A DNA stretch of 60,385 bases, the filler included, from Sphacelaria rigidula (lineage: Eukaryota): the NCBI GenBank assembly GCA_964200075.2. It is 4 parts of 4 records of this genome, joined end to end, with 100 filler letters (N's around TTAATTAATTAA, not from the genome) between each part and the next. Parts side by side here need not be neighbours in the genome. Positions count along the whole stretch, not along the records: positions 45,372 to 60,385 come from CAXNAA020001939.1; 3 more parts are not named here. One strand, given 5' to 3'. The translations under genes and the position numbers were made by a program. The number at the start of each line of letters is the position of its first letter. The stretch's first letter is position 1. This document shows, one piece after another, positions 46,868 through 60,385 of this stretch. Below the pieces are notes generated by a model, which was not told where the DNA came from, did no database searches, and was given only the letters and a program-made list of their open reading frames with translations.

Positions 46868-49800
46868 ATGTTCAGTAGCATCACGAGTTTCACGGAGGGC
46901 ATCAAGCGCCTGAGCTTGGACACGCTCCAAGATGAAGAAGAACATCGACAGAATGAAAAAGCGCAGGTGAGGCACCAGGAGGACGGAACAACTCACGGTT
47001 CTTCAGCGTCACCTACATCACATACGGCAACTCTCACCACGATCCCTGAGCAACCAGCATCTACCATGGATATAGTCGTAAATGGAGGCGACGAGTGGGA
47101 ATGGGATGACGAGCATTCAACGGCGGACAGGAAACGGGTGGCTAGACGAATCCAAAAACAGCTCCCGGACAGCATGGCTGGCAGCCCCAGTGTTGGCGCA
47201 GCATTAATTCCAGGTGGTACGAGTGTACCAATAAGCTTTGCTTCCGGGACCACGCCCCTAGCTGCGAAGACAGCCGCAGCACCGCGGGTGGATGGAGCGG
47301 TGATAAAGCCAGCTTCTTTTGGCGTCGACAGCAACATTATGTCTGGCAATGGCGCTTTTCCAGGGCCGACAGATCCAGTTGCCGAGCCGCTGCAGAATAT
47401 TGGCCGGGAAGGGCGAAGGGATGGCGACAGCGAACAAGTCGACCGGGACGTCCCTTATTCGGATACCGTTATGGTGAGGTATTTGGGAGCAGATCTTGAT
47501 CCGCGAACCTTTCACGGACTTACACTACGTACACTGTACTATACTCTGAGCAGATACTGTCGTGTGTAGTATGCGTTGCTACGCAAGTGTGGCAGGAGAC
47601 TGGGCATGGTGCGTGTAGGGATAGCAATCACCAGTGTGGGTTGTGGGTGAAGTAGACGTATTTGTACGCGTGCAGCGTGCTTGCTGGAGTGCTGCTGCAG
47701 TCGTCCAAGTATACCTCGGAAAATATAGAACATACACCAGTGTTGCGTTTCCGTTTCTTTACGGCGTAAAAGGTCAACGTCTGGAAAGGGTTGACTGGAC
47801 ATATTCTTCATGCCCGGTATGGCAAGACACTGTTTTTTTTTTCCTTGGAGGAGGAAACCTGACCCAACACTTACCCCGCAAGCCGGTCCGTTTGCCGATT
47901 ACCCGGAGGCTCAGCTAGACTTCCTCGCGGTAGTCATGTGCGGTAGGCGCCTCGAGCGTTCGCAAGCTTTACTCAAGGCGGTGTGGAGGTCCAACCCGCA
48001 AAAAAACCCTGTCGACTTGACGCAGTGCACGCGCCGTCCTACTCTTACGAGCTTCGGCAGACAAGCTAATTTTTTTAAGAGGCGGGGAAGTGTCTCTGGG
48101 GTAGAAGTGTCTCCGGGGTAACAGCACGGGCACCGACAGAACATACGCCTCGCTACAGTCAATCCTATGTAGTAAAATCGTTTTTTCAAATCACGAGAAA
48201 GTTTAACTTTGGTCATGGTTCATTGCTTTTCCCGATACAAAACCAGCGTTTCTAGCTCTCGAAACAGACAGAAATTCAACCTGGAAACCATTCCAATACG
48301 AAAACCGTCTGCGGCGGCACAGCAGGCCACCTTGTTCTCTACCCACCAGCAAACAATCGGCGGTTGTAGACCAAATGCTTCTGTTGGGCATTTGCGGTGA
48401 AAAATTCGGGGTTCGACGGAAACGCGATACAACAGATTATTGGGATACCAACTGTGCAGCCCGACCCCACCCTTCCCATAAGCCAAGCACAATATAGAAG
48501 CTAGCTACTCAGACAGTACTTTATCATCGCATGCAGCAAGCGCCACAATACTCGAGTAGACCGCTGGCTTGTGCTGGTGTTGTTACTACTGGTAGCATTC
48601 CCCAGGTTGTGCTCTCACATACAACTTAAAGGTCGGCTGATACGTTTTTCAAGTACACTATCCTAGCAGCTCAAAGATGCTGTATTTGACAAGCGTCGTC
48701 CACACTGATTCGTAGTTGTTGAGTTTTGCTACAATTATCTAAACTAATTGCGGTATTATCCTCCTAACGTACAGATGGTATTAACGTGGCCGCTGGTGGT
48801 AGTTTCGGGGGGGGGCGTCCCCCTTCCCCACTTTTTTGGACAAAAAATATATGGGCAATAGATAAAAAAAGGGGGTACACGCGGGTGCTTTTGAAACAAC
48901 AGAAGGTAACGGATTTTTCGCTTTGGGGGCGCGGCGTTGCACGCGGGCTGAATACCTCGAAAACACGTTCCAGTGCTTCAGCCCCACGCCGAAGGTGTCT
49001 GGGTGTCTCGGCAGCATGCCCGACCATTTTTTTTTCATTTTCACAAGTGCTAATAGGCTGAACACCGGCGCCGAAAATGAGAGCCTGTGAGAGTACCCTT
49101 TTATATAAGCAAACCAGGAGGGCACACCCTGCCCTCTGCTAAAATATTATATCTCGCCCTTTTTGTTCACGTGTTAACCTTTTTTTTTGTGAAGTGGTGA
49201 CTGTACCGCCGGCTCAGCAGGAGATCCACCGAGCAGTCACAACCATATCCACTTTCGGTTAAACTACACTGCACCGAAAAAGGCCGAAACCCAGCGACCA
49301 AAAGAGTGTAGTCCCCTCCCTGCCAGTTGGCCCGAGGACCCCGAAGATCCCACGATGCATACTGGCTGCTTGTGTGCCGGAGCTCACAAAGATCCAACGA
49401 ATATGGGTGAACATCTTGCCGACACACACGCTCGAACGGCGTCACATGGTGACAACGTCAGACCGTTGCGGGATCTGCAACTTGCGGCTCGGAAACAGAG
49501 ATAAACACTGATCAGATTCCGGATAGATTGGAGGAAGAACGCCTGGATCCCATGACGTAGACTGTACTCGTACAATCGAATGTCCTCCTTTTATCCTCGC
49601 TGTTGCAGTGATGTTCATTTTAGACTAGCACTACGAGCTGGGCCAGCCTAGAAGCGGGTTTGTAGTTTGCAGGTCCATTCTTACCTTAATTTTTAGAGGT
49701 GGACCCTAAAATTTGGCATGGACAATCAATACGGCGCAATCAAAAAAGTATTTACAGACTCAAATGTTGTTTTTAACTTCATGTGAGAGGTGGTGATTTC

Positions 49801-52800
49801 AGCTACCCAGGGGCCCACTTGGTTCTGAAAAAATCACCCACACTCCCAACAACTCTCACAACACACAGTACACAACCGCTCTGAGCGTGTCTTCTCCACC
49901 GCCGGGAACGTCGTCACTAACAAGTAGAATGGGTCGTTAGCCGAGTCGGTCAACAACCTCATATTCCTTCACATATGCCACAGGATCGCGTGGAGCATGG
50001 GCGACGCTAACCCAAGGTCCCTCTACAAGGCGAAGCGTTCGTCGAATTGAGTTACTACAGCAGTAGAACCATCTCGCATCGGTGTCTTTGTTGGCTTTCC
50101 CGCAGTATGCGCATATTGCAGGTGCTGGAACAAAATGTTTTGGTATTTCACCCGCAATTTTTGCAAGCTGATCTAGTATCTGACTTATGCTACATGTAGT
50201 GACATCGTTCCTGTTGTAACGAGAAGTGAGCGCTAGAGTACCCAATGCTGCCTTGTGTGTAACAAGTCCGCACCGCAGCATCCTGCTCTCGTCAACCTGT
50301 TTGCTGGCAAGTATTTCATGAAATCGACCAGACACAGAAACTTCTGTCTATGCCAGTAGCTACAGCGCACTCTGTTGTGGGAGATGTTCATTGTACACTA
50401 TAACCTGCACTGTTACTTCAATTTACCGCTCAGTTGGATAGCCTGACCGGTATAAAAAGCAGCGGAATATCAAATCGAGATCGAGTATCGTGCGTATCGT
50501 CTCTTTTTAAATATCGACAAAAATATGGGCATCGTCTTTTTTTTTCGATTTTTTTCATGTCGATTAAACCAAATCCCCGTTTCGATCGTCAACACTACTG
50601 CAAACCTATCACCAACCTACGTTACCGCTCACAAATGTGACGGGGCAGCAGCGCCATATCTTGGGGCTATGCCGTGAAAATCAACCACGAACCGTTAAGC
50701 CCATCCGCGCCACATCGCAGGCGGACTCTGTGCCAGAATTACATGTACGACACTTTATTCAAGTAGATACTGTTGACGACTTGTCCAAGCTGATGATGGG
50801 ATGCGCTCATATCGACCCCTACCACGCTGCCACCGCCGGCTGGTCAGGATACTCAGAAGTAATAAATGAAGCCATTGCTGCACCGGTCGGTCGTGGCGTG
50901 CGGGCAATTCCCTTGGTCTTCCTCCCTGCTTGTTGCCTTGATTTTGTATGGGATAGTGTACCCATGAAATGCGGTCGGAGAAGACCAGAGATCTTGCGAT
51001 CGAATATGGCAACAAAATCAACTACACCTTTATACATTTGATCTACATGTTTGCCCATGAAGATCTAGGGTGCTGTAACCGTGTAAATGAACACCCAGTA
51101 TCGTACAACGTTGTCGGTGACCTGGGGATGCTTTTCTAAAGTAGCCCGAATGATTTTGGTCGCTGCCCGCTTGATCGGTCTACCCCCGCCGATATGATTG
51201 ACTCAACATCAGCCGGAAATTCAAACAAACGTCAATATACCAGATGTTGGCACCCGGCTACGAGACCGCAATACGTCGAAGGATTGACATTCGGCTGCGT
51301 CCGTACATTGTCACGCCCACGCATGTTGCCAGGGCAGCTTCCATTTCCTTCATAACTGAACAAAACCCTTCCCGGTTTTGGCGTCTTGACACAGCACGCG
51401 CCGAAGCGATATAGTGAAGGTGGAGCCCTGCTGTCTGACCCGAGCAGCAGTGAAGAAGCCAGCCCTGATGCCGTCACCTCGTCGCTCGGAGGGGAGCCAA
51501 ACCTGCACAGAGAGGCGTCTGCGGCAAATGGAGCAAGTGACAGTGCTACTTGTAACACGATTATTTCAGCAGTCGTGGCCAGCGACGACGGTGAAAGGGG
51601 TGAAAAGACCAATAGTGTGGATGGTTTAGCAGGTACCCGCGCTGAGGATCGCGAGCTTCCTGCCCGTGCAGTAGTGCAGAATTCGACAGAAAGCACGCAT
51701 GAGCCCAACCCGGCATCCGATAATCTGGAACCTTCAGGGACGAGTGAGGCGGCTGCCGAGGCGCTGGCGGAAGCACGAAATGAGCTGGCGACGGCCAAGG
51801 GACTGGTGTCAACATTAGAGAAAGCGCTGGATGAAAGTCGAAGTGAGATAAATGCACTGCGGGAAGAGGTGGTGAGGAGCAAAAGTGCCGCGGATCAGCA
51901 GGCCCGGGACATGGTGTTACTCAGGTATTCTCTAGCACAACGGCCGTTTCTTGGGTCATATTTGTCGCGATATGCACCCTCTCAGGGAAGAGTAGGGCTC
52001 AGGGTTGACGTACAGTATGATGGTGTTCGTTTTGCTCGTAAGCCCTTCTCCCCCCTTCAGACCGCGCGAGAGCGGCTGCAGAAGCATCGAGCACCGTGTG
52101 CATTATTTTCTAGTTACCCCCGTACTGAGAAATCGATGGTTGAGTTGATTGTAGAAATAGGGGGGGAACACGGCACTCGGGCCAAAACTGCGTGGTTCCT
52201 GAAATGGTGTTGACGTAGCGTTTGTGAACTATTTTCAAGGAAGACCTGACAATTACTCACCATAAACGTTTCTCGCGATGATCACCCGGCGTCTTTTATC
52301 TGTCGTTACATTTCGCGAAACAAACGAAAGTTCATGTTCTCCGCCCTAAAAAATCACCCCAGTTTTATGGCGCAATTTCTTCTTTTTTTTCAGAAAATTT
52401 CAGTCCTTCATTCCGAAAGCAGCGTAAATGAGACCGACATTGGAGAAAAAATTGTGAATTTTTGCCAGCTGGAAGGTAGCAGGATTCGCAGAATTGGCGG
52501 CGTACAGGGAGGGGTGCTTGTGCCTTAGTATCTCAAGGTGATGAGTGCGACGTGCCGGGTCCATTGTCTTCAATTGTTGTCCTACGGAGATTTGTCTTGG
52601 AGGCGCGCGTAGTGCATCGTCGCTCCTTAATTGGTGAATATGCCGCCGTTGACCCGTAGGCTGTGCACCAGGATACGCCGTATTTGCGCATCCACAGTCT
52701 ACTCTCTCATTGAGCTCACCTTTTGACAGAAAGACTCCCTTCATTGTGGAATCCCTTTACATCAAATTGGACGGTGGTAGAGATGACGTGGAGGCAACGA

Positions 52801-55800
52801 GAATGGGATACCGAGAATCGAACGAAGCTCACCAGAGGACGGCAGAGCGGGTTTCAGAGTTGAGGCGGGAGTTGCTATTGGCTAGGGAAGCTACAGAAAA
52901 CCTCAAGGCGGAGAAGAGTGCTCTCCTGGGACAGGTAGGAGAAGCGACTGGCAGGCAAACTGATGTTGTTGACTAGGATTCGTGCAAAGTGTAGGAGAGC
53001 ACATGCTGGTTTGCACGAGGGCTTCTCATAGCGGTCGTGCAGCACAATCTGCGCTCCAAGGGTTGAAGCTCTCCCGGGTCACTCGTGTTGGTTGAATCGT
53101 GCGCTGCGCTGGGAGGCCAATGTGTAATGTGTGCGACATTTCTGTCAATAATCTTCTCAGTTGAATATGGCCATGGAGGGTCGTCAGGAGCTTGAAGCCC
53201 AGTTGCGCCAGCTACACGCCGGTTTGACTGAAGGTCAGGAAGCTGCTCGGAACGAAGGCAGGAAGGAGGCAGAGAGGCTCGAAGCCCGGGTGAAGGAACT
53301 TCTGAAGGATAGGTCAGGCTGTCGATCTGTACTGCGTGTTGTCATATTACAGAAAGTTCGGTGGTACCAGAGTGGAATTTTGGCCAACCCTGAACGGCGT
53401 GAAGTGTCGTGTATGGTTGCATACAAAAGACAGTTGCTTGGCATACTCACTTCATGTGCGAGCTCTTGGACAGTATTCGTACTGTGCGCGCCTGAGGATG
53501 TGCTGTATATTTCGTGTAACGCAAACAAAACACGCCGTATCTCCCTTGCTTTTTTGGACTCAGGGACCGTAAGCAAGCAGAGCTAGATTTGCAAAACGCA
53601 AGGCGGAAGGAAACGCGCGAGATGGCCCGCGACCTGGAGAGTCAACTTGCGGCCGTCGAACGCATCGCGCAGGTGAGTACTATGACGACCCCGCGTTCCG
53701 CATACCTGGTTGTTTGGGGAGCTGACTTCCTAGCAAGAGTTACCACCCAGTTAGGGCTATTATAGGTACACAGTGCCTCGCTCTTGAGTCTCGTCCTGGC
53801 ACGTGATGAGGTTGGCGCACATAAATGTCCGCGAATTTCCTCGACAATAGAATATTGCTTGTCGCCAACCGCTTCCGTGGAATTCTGTGCGGTGTACACA
53901 GGAGCGCGAGGTGGAGTTGAATAAGCTGAAGGAAGATAGTGTAACACTGAAACGGCAGGCGGCCGAAGCCAAAGAGAAGGAGGCTACTTGGGCCACGAAG
54001 CACGAAGCCCTCGATCGGAATTTTAGACAGGTGAGCATTGTGAGCGACTCGTCATGAGACTGAGAGACGCGCTCCAGTAGTACCAGAGCATCCGGATGAG
54101 GACAAGCCCACGGCGGAAAGAGGCTCTCCGGATCGTTGCTCAGTGTGCTGTTCGGCGTCTTGAGAGCTGCCGTCAAACACCTCTGTGACTGCAACAAGCA
54201 GCCGTCTTGATTGCCGTTCCCGCCGTTCTTCCTCTTGACGTCGGTATAAATAATGGCGCCACATGATGCCGCCTGCGCACGTCTTGCGTCTGCGACAGGT
54301 TCGCGCACAGGGGAGGAATGTGGACAGTGAGGTGGAGCAACTTCGACGAGACATTGCCCGCTTGGAGGCAGAAAACGCCGCCCTCACCGAGCGAGTGGAG
54401 GAGGAGGGGGCGGAGCGAGTGACAGTGGTGTCGTCAATTTCGCACGAGCGTGACTTCCTACTACGGCAGGTACTAGAAATCCGTGGCGGAGGGCGATCGG
54501 AGTTATGTGGCGCTGCTATGCGTGTAGCGTGCTGTATACTGGGAGACTGCACTATCCTCGTCTTCTGCACGAATTACTCTTGCCGTGGATGCACCTGACA
54601 GAGACCTAGTATCAGGATATTTTTCCACGTGTCCTCATGTTTGTCGAAATGGTGTGTGCATTCGGCGCAGTAGTCGGCGCAGCATATTGAGCTGTGTGTG
54701 CCAGCACTCATGCGCAGATGAAGTCGAGGGGCAAAGTTAGATGGGCGAGAAACAGCCAAGTCGAGGAACATTGATTTATTTATCCCATCACGTACGGGTC
54801 GAATTTCCCAAGCTAGTTAATTCTAGTTTAATCGTTGGGAAGCCTCTGATCCACCTGCAAACAGTACACAACCGATAACCATTTTTTTTCTGGGAGGGGG
54901 GGCGAGACATGATCCGAAGATTACCCGCGCAGTACCGCAATGTACCTCAAACATGCAATAACGACGGCCTCATTTGCGCTACAGTGTCTGACTTTTATAC
55001 ACCAATTGAACCCCAATTGCACGTGACCAGGTGCAAATGAAAGCTTATATATGTAGGGAAACGCGAAATTTGGCTACCTCACTTCATATTGTAGAACCGA
55101 TCTCGACGTGCCCTCGTAGGGTTCGCGACGGCATGTACACGCAAGGCTGTGGGTAATGGGTGCGACTCGGATGACTGATGTTGATATGGCACCGCCTCAA
55201 CGGAAAATAACTTTTGATACAAATGGCAAGGCGGAAATATGACCGCCGCTGTTCACCCCTCTGCCCAGTCTCGTTTTTGAAGGGTCGGCACTCAAGCGTA
55301 CATTTTCTGTGGTTACGGGAATAGATACGCTTCGTGTATCCATCGTCAGTCAGTCCGCCGTTGGTGTCCTTTCTGTCCATGTATAGTACCTATGGTGATT
55401 ATGAATGTGTTATTGACGTGAAACATCCGTTTGTTTCGTTGTCGTGTGTCGTGTATCGTGTGTCGTGTGTCGTTTGACTTGTAGGTAGATCGCTTGGAGA
55501 AGGAGGTAGCGGATCTTCGTCGAAAGCAGGCGACTCAGGTTGCTGAGGCCGGCACGCGTGCGCAAACAACCGTGGCTTTGGAGGAATACCGAACACGCGC
55601 GCAGCAGGCTTTGAAACGCGCCAACGAGGTCACCAGTCTGACAGCAGCAGAAAACAAGCGTCTAGAGGTGAAAATGGGTGCAGTAAGCAGTAAGTAGCAC
55701 GAGAGGAATCGGTTGGTCGCGGTGGGTGGTAGGTGGTAGATGCCCTGCGGTTGTGGCTAAGATACTCACGACGGACCTCACTTCCCATATCTTCGTATGG

Positions 55801-58800
55801 CATACGAATTGCGCGGATTTGAGATACTCGCCGGCAAGCTATTGAATGACAAGATATTTTTAAACACAACTACCTTCCACTGCAAGTTCGTTGTAGATCG
55901 TTCGTGGTGGTGGCTTGGTGACTGACGAGCTGCTGATGACGCAGAGGTATTTGGCAAGTCAACATAGTCGGTATAGCAACAGCCGTGCCGCACCCCCCGA
56001 GGGATACCCGGATACCTTGGAACAGCTTGTTAGCTACCAGGTGTTCATGCATCAGGGGGCATGAATGATCTCGTATGCCATTGATTCAGACAGCTTACGA
56101 CGTCTCTTGCAGATTTATCATTTTACGGAGACGAAACGCGTTGAAGCCCGCATCACCGTGACACCGTCACGTCTACGGCAGTGGGATGGTGCGTCGTATA
56201 CCAGCCCTCGCGTTCTTGGTTACTGCTGATTTTTAGCGCGGGCAACTCCCCTTTGCTCGAACAGTGATGAACAACAACGCAACCCGTCAGTCCCTGCACT
56301 ATACATTCCGTCAATATTGACTAATTCGAACATACAGCGACTCTGAGGCAGCAGTACGCGCGAATCACTGTGACCATCGCAGGCGGAGCTGAGTAAACTG
56401 TCCTCTGAGGTTGCACGAGAGCGCCCCGAATGGGCAAAGTCCAAGGAGCTCGAGCAGATTCGACAAAAAGACCTAGATAAGGTAATCTGCTTTCAAATAT
56501 TTAGATCAGTATGGACTCAACTGGTGGGGCCTGGGGAAGTATCAGCTGTGATTGCCCGCTCTGCTGCAACCACTTTTACCAACCCGTGCCATCATTCAGC
56601 ATGCATTATACCAGGTACCCGGTATACTTTTTGGGGGCAGTATATTTTGGAAGCGCGCGGCGAGGCCCCTTGTTTATTATTTCACCGTGTCTGTGTCCCT
56701 CAATGCTCGATTCCTAAATTCAGCTGGAGGAGGAGTTGGTAAATACTGCCACGGACCGAGACAGTGTCGCGGCAGCTGTTGCTGGGCTGCAAGAACGTTT
56801 GGCCCGGGAGGAGGAGGAGAGGAGAACTACGCATGCCTCCGTCATGCGGCTGGAGGCCCAGGTTGTCGATATGTTGCGCTCACCGGGTGGTGGATGTATG
56901 TTGTGTCTCCCCAGGAAACCATGAGGTCATGGGATCGAGGCTCGCGCCGCTGTACGTGCGTGGGTACTCGTGTAGTGCACACGACCAGGTTGCAAGAGCG
57001 CTGTCCACTTTCGTGAGTGTGTAGATCGTGCGACACCGTTTGTGTTGATAGTCTTCATAACGGACCACGAGATGGTTTGAGGTCAGCTGTCATCTTGTTA
57101 GTTATTTTACCGAGAGGTTGGACTGAATGACAGAAAACTATGCGCGAAGGGAGGCTCGTCTACCGCGCAGATCCTGCTAGGGCGATAGCTATCGAGTCTA
57201 GGTTCGGGAATGTAGTATGACGCACTGCCTACTTTACTGCCGTACAGTATAGTGGGTATGGTACCGGCGATAGCTAGCAAATTATCGTCATCATACGAGA
57301 ATCCCCTCATTGATTTTGCGCACGGGGCTGAAGTTAGTGGTCGTTAGTGACTCATGGAACGTGCACCCTTAAAGTCCCCTCTACGTCAAACTTCCTCACG
57401 TCATTCTTCCCCCGATACTATTGGCAGGGCAAGAGTCTTAAACAGGAGTTGCAACGACAGCAAAAGGCACTGGCCGCAGCTCAAGAGAGGGAATCGGTGT
57501 TGACCGCCAGATTGTCGGAGAAGGATGTGGCGCTGCAGGCATCAGAAAATTGTCGGAATCAAATAACGGTGAGCCATGCGCAGTCGCACGGTCGACCTGC
57601 ACGACAACGGCGAATCCATTTTTTAAAATATAAATGCAGTCGAGAACCAAAAGACGGTGACCCCACCTTGCTGTGACGCGTCTGTGCTATGCCTTGCCGA
57701 CGTGCCTGTACTGCGAATATCTGCGTCCTCCACGTCCTTCATCTTGAAGGCGCCTTTACCAGGGGAAACTAAGGTTGAGAAGAGGAGTTACACACCCAAT
57801 CCCGGACAAGCTGATTCTTCACCGCAATTGGGCGCGGTCAATGAGGAAAAACCCGAAAGGAAGGGAACGGGCGGCGAAGCGCCCGAGGTGGCCGGGAAAC
57901 AGGACGGGCTTGAAAGCATGCAACACAGTTTTCGAAGTCTGTCTAGTGATGGCGAGTCGGTAGACGTCTCTGCGAGTAGTTTAGCGGGGCAGCTGGTGTA
58001 CGTGCATCAGCTGCGGGAACGGATGTCGAAGGATCAGGTGGAGATGCGATCTCTCATCAGGTGCGTGTTTGCGGCGATAAGCCTCTTTCTCGTGTTGATA
58101 CCTGGGCACTGCCGTTGAGTTTTTGGTACTGAGAGCACGGAGTGCCAACTCCAGTATTGATTCCCCATACTCTGCTGGCGTGGCTCATGTCTCGCGCGGA
58201 CTGCAACGTCACTTGACTATCGCCGCAGATACACCCGTACCCACCGGGGAGAGGGCGCTCACCTTCATGATGCCTCTAATAATAGTGCCGATTCCTCCGC
58301 AAGTATTCGTCAGTACGTCGAACAGTGTGCGCCGCACGTTATTTCCGTGCTAGCATTCACTTGTCATCTGTTCCGCCTGTGTCCTTCTGTGCTGGAAGCA
58401 CCCTCCCTCTGGGACGTTATAACGCGGTATTTTGACCATTTTGACGTTCCTGTCTCAGCGAGTTGGAGGCTTCGCGAGCCGCAAGAGACGCTCAAGAAAA
58501 GTTGCAGGCCCAACTGGAGAAGCAACTCGAAGCGGCATTGCTGGCAAACACACGTCTTCAGGAACTCGATCAGGGTATGTACAGTAGCGAATGTACGATG
58601 TACACTGTAGCTCGGTTGAGAGTTGGGCACGTTCATTCAGCCTTGCAATGCAATTGCGATTGTCACGGGTGCGTATGAACTGCATTTGTGGGGGCTGCTG
58701 AAAAGTTCGGTATGGCTACCCAGGCTGCGATTTTTTCAGAGTATTGCCACGTTTTGATCGAGCTCAGAGCGGCTCGTGTCCTGCATCTACCCGACGTCCT

Positions 58801-59465
58801 GTCTCACGAAATATCTGTTTATTTTTTTATTTTTATCGTCGCACTTTCCCCTCCCTCGTAACGAGTCCGTGGCTTTGAGGGATCAATCTGTCTCTCCTCC
58901 TGTACACGCCTTTATTTTGGTAATCGCGAATCACATCATGACCATCAGCACTCACGCACCGTTCCGACTGTCGTCGAACAAACTCCTTGCTGCTCACGTC
59001 CTCGCGTTTGCAACCATGTAAATCAGATACTTGTGTGACAAAAACGCCACATTGGACGCATCTTCCGAAAGTCGAACCCGACTTTTCTTTGTTTTTCAAC
59101 CTTGTGATGTCAGTTGTACCGTCACGTTAGACCATCATGGCGCGGCGACTTACAGCACAAAGCTGCACGCTAGTCAAATCCGCCAACTGTGCGTCGGATT
59201 GGTTGTTCTTGCAGGTCGGAACGCCGCAGTCAACCTGGAATATCTCAAGAATTGTGTTGTCGGCTGCCTTCGAACGTCTGAGCCTTCGGAGCACGCCCGT
59301 CTACTTCCCGTAATCACTACTATTCTCAAACTATCCAAAGATGAGGCAGATGTTATCGCCAAGAACATCAGCACGCGAGCCCATAATCAGGGCAGTTTTG
59401 GCGGTGCATTGACGCCACCTGGAAAGGAGCGGGGATGGTGGAGTGGGAAAATGCCCAAGCGATAG
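46868..59465 (+). CDS. GRIP-domain coiled-coil golgin (GCC/golgin-97/245-like trans-Golgi tether), ~1029 aa
   Basis: 14 in-phase GT-AG exons: 46868-47473, 51395-51924, 52781-52934, 53161-53312, 53564-53672, 53902-54030, 54299-54469, 55485-55667, 56383-56481, 56724-56861, 57428-57568, 57750-58060, 58459-58574, 59215-59465 (3090 nt). The middle is E/K/R/L/Q heptad-rich. The last exon has the GRIP signature NLEYLKNCVV...LLPVITTILKLSKDE. Confidence 0.9.
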
Positions 59466-59927
59466 GAGATGAAAATTATAATCTGCGTCTTAAGAGGGCT
59501 GAAGTGGCGCATGCCTGTAGGCTTACAACATTTGTTGGTGACTTGAGCGTGGCTTCTTGTGTGTGCGTGTGCCCGAGTGCATCGATGTCACGAAACTCTC
59601 ACCTCTCAACGCACTGAGGTGTAGAGGGGTGATGCGCTCCTTTTTTGTTCAGTGTATCCACAATCCTTTGTTGGTTCTGCTGTATTTAGTGACCGGTGCT
59701 GTGGTTATCAACCTCTGAATGTCGATGTAAATTTTTGTGCGGGTCCTTGTACGTTTGTCCCAGTCGTGGGTTTGTGAACGTCTTTGCTGTGAATTATGTG
59801 ATCGAACGTGGGGTGGTCGCTCGTGTGAAACAGGAAGTTCTCTATGTTGTGTGCCAATATTCCTTTGTTCCAGTTTCTGATTAAAACTTTTTCATCGGCA
59901 GTCCATATACGAGCTGGGCCAGCATAA

Positions 59928-60025
59928 CCCTTATACGGCGAGGGTAGTCCATTTGGATCATGCATTCTGTTCGTAAGTGAAACTGATGCCGATTCGACAG
60001 ATGACCTACTCTCGCTGTCTGAGGG
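59928..60025. mobile_element. ~98-bp piggyBac-like mini-MITE, inverted relative to the 7175 copy
   Basis: ATAA|CCCTTATACGGCGAGGGTAGTCCAT...ATGACCTACTCTCGCTGTCTGAGGG|TTAA. Confidence 0.7.
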
Positions 60026-60385
60026 TTAACAGCAAATGAGGCACTAAACGTGTATTTCGCGTCTCAGGTTCAAGGCTCGTGCTTCAAAATTTGCTATTTA
60101 GGGTCGCAAGGGCATAGTAACGACAAACATTTGGTACACCTGAGATTTATTAATATTCCCGTTCCATGAGTTGTGGTTGAAAAACAATATGCATTCATCA
60201 CAAAAGTTCTGAACTCATGGAAAAGATTAGTACAAAATCTCTGCGCGAAACGTATTTTTAAAAGCTATGGCCTAGAAAAGATATACCTTCTCGTTTTTGG
60301 CCCAAGAAAGGTACGAAAAATTACCACAAACGCGAAAACAGCCAAACACGCCATCTTGACCGTTTTCGCTCCGAATTTTTCACGC

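Noticed and set aside
49167..49445. DYTLLVAGFRPFS resembling C5-MTase motif IV (AGFPCQPFS)
   Set aside because: The catalytic PC is absent and no FxGxG or ENV motif is nearby, so this is probably chance.

Overview
Intron-rich, repeat-rich eukaryotic DNA with GT-AG introns of 0.2-5.6 kb. The style fits a brown alga (Phaeophyceae, Ectocarpus-like), but that is inference. I built five spliced gene models by hand, checking splice sites and reading phase. (1) The 5' part of a SMARCAD1/Fun30-type SNF2 chromatin remodeller (minus, 14508 to <1315), which continues past the left edge. (2) A small orphan 3-exon gene (plus, 15359-16571). (3) A SHIPPO-repeat (PGPGxY) STPG2/ODF3-like flagellar protein (minus, 22152-17162). 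(4) A SMYD (SET+MYND) protein whose catalytic Tyr appears replaced (minus, about 46540-39167). (5) A 14-exon coiled-coil GRIP-domain golgin (plus, 46868-59465). The stretch from 22.2 to 39.1 kb holds no recognisable host gene and is a nest of transposon relics: a Ty1/copia fragment, a 4-kb long-TIR element, Tc1/Stowaway-like MITEs, LINE 3' tails and minisatellites. Introns carry a foldback element with ~200-bp arms and a ~100-bp piggyBac-like mini-element. The N-gaps containing TTAATTAATTAA are assembly linkers. I found no clearly new multi-gene system. The best leads are the foldback, the probable pseudo-enzyme SMYD, the orphan gene and the unclassified 4-kb TIR element.
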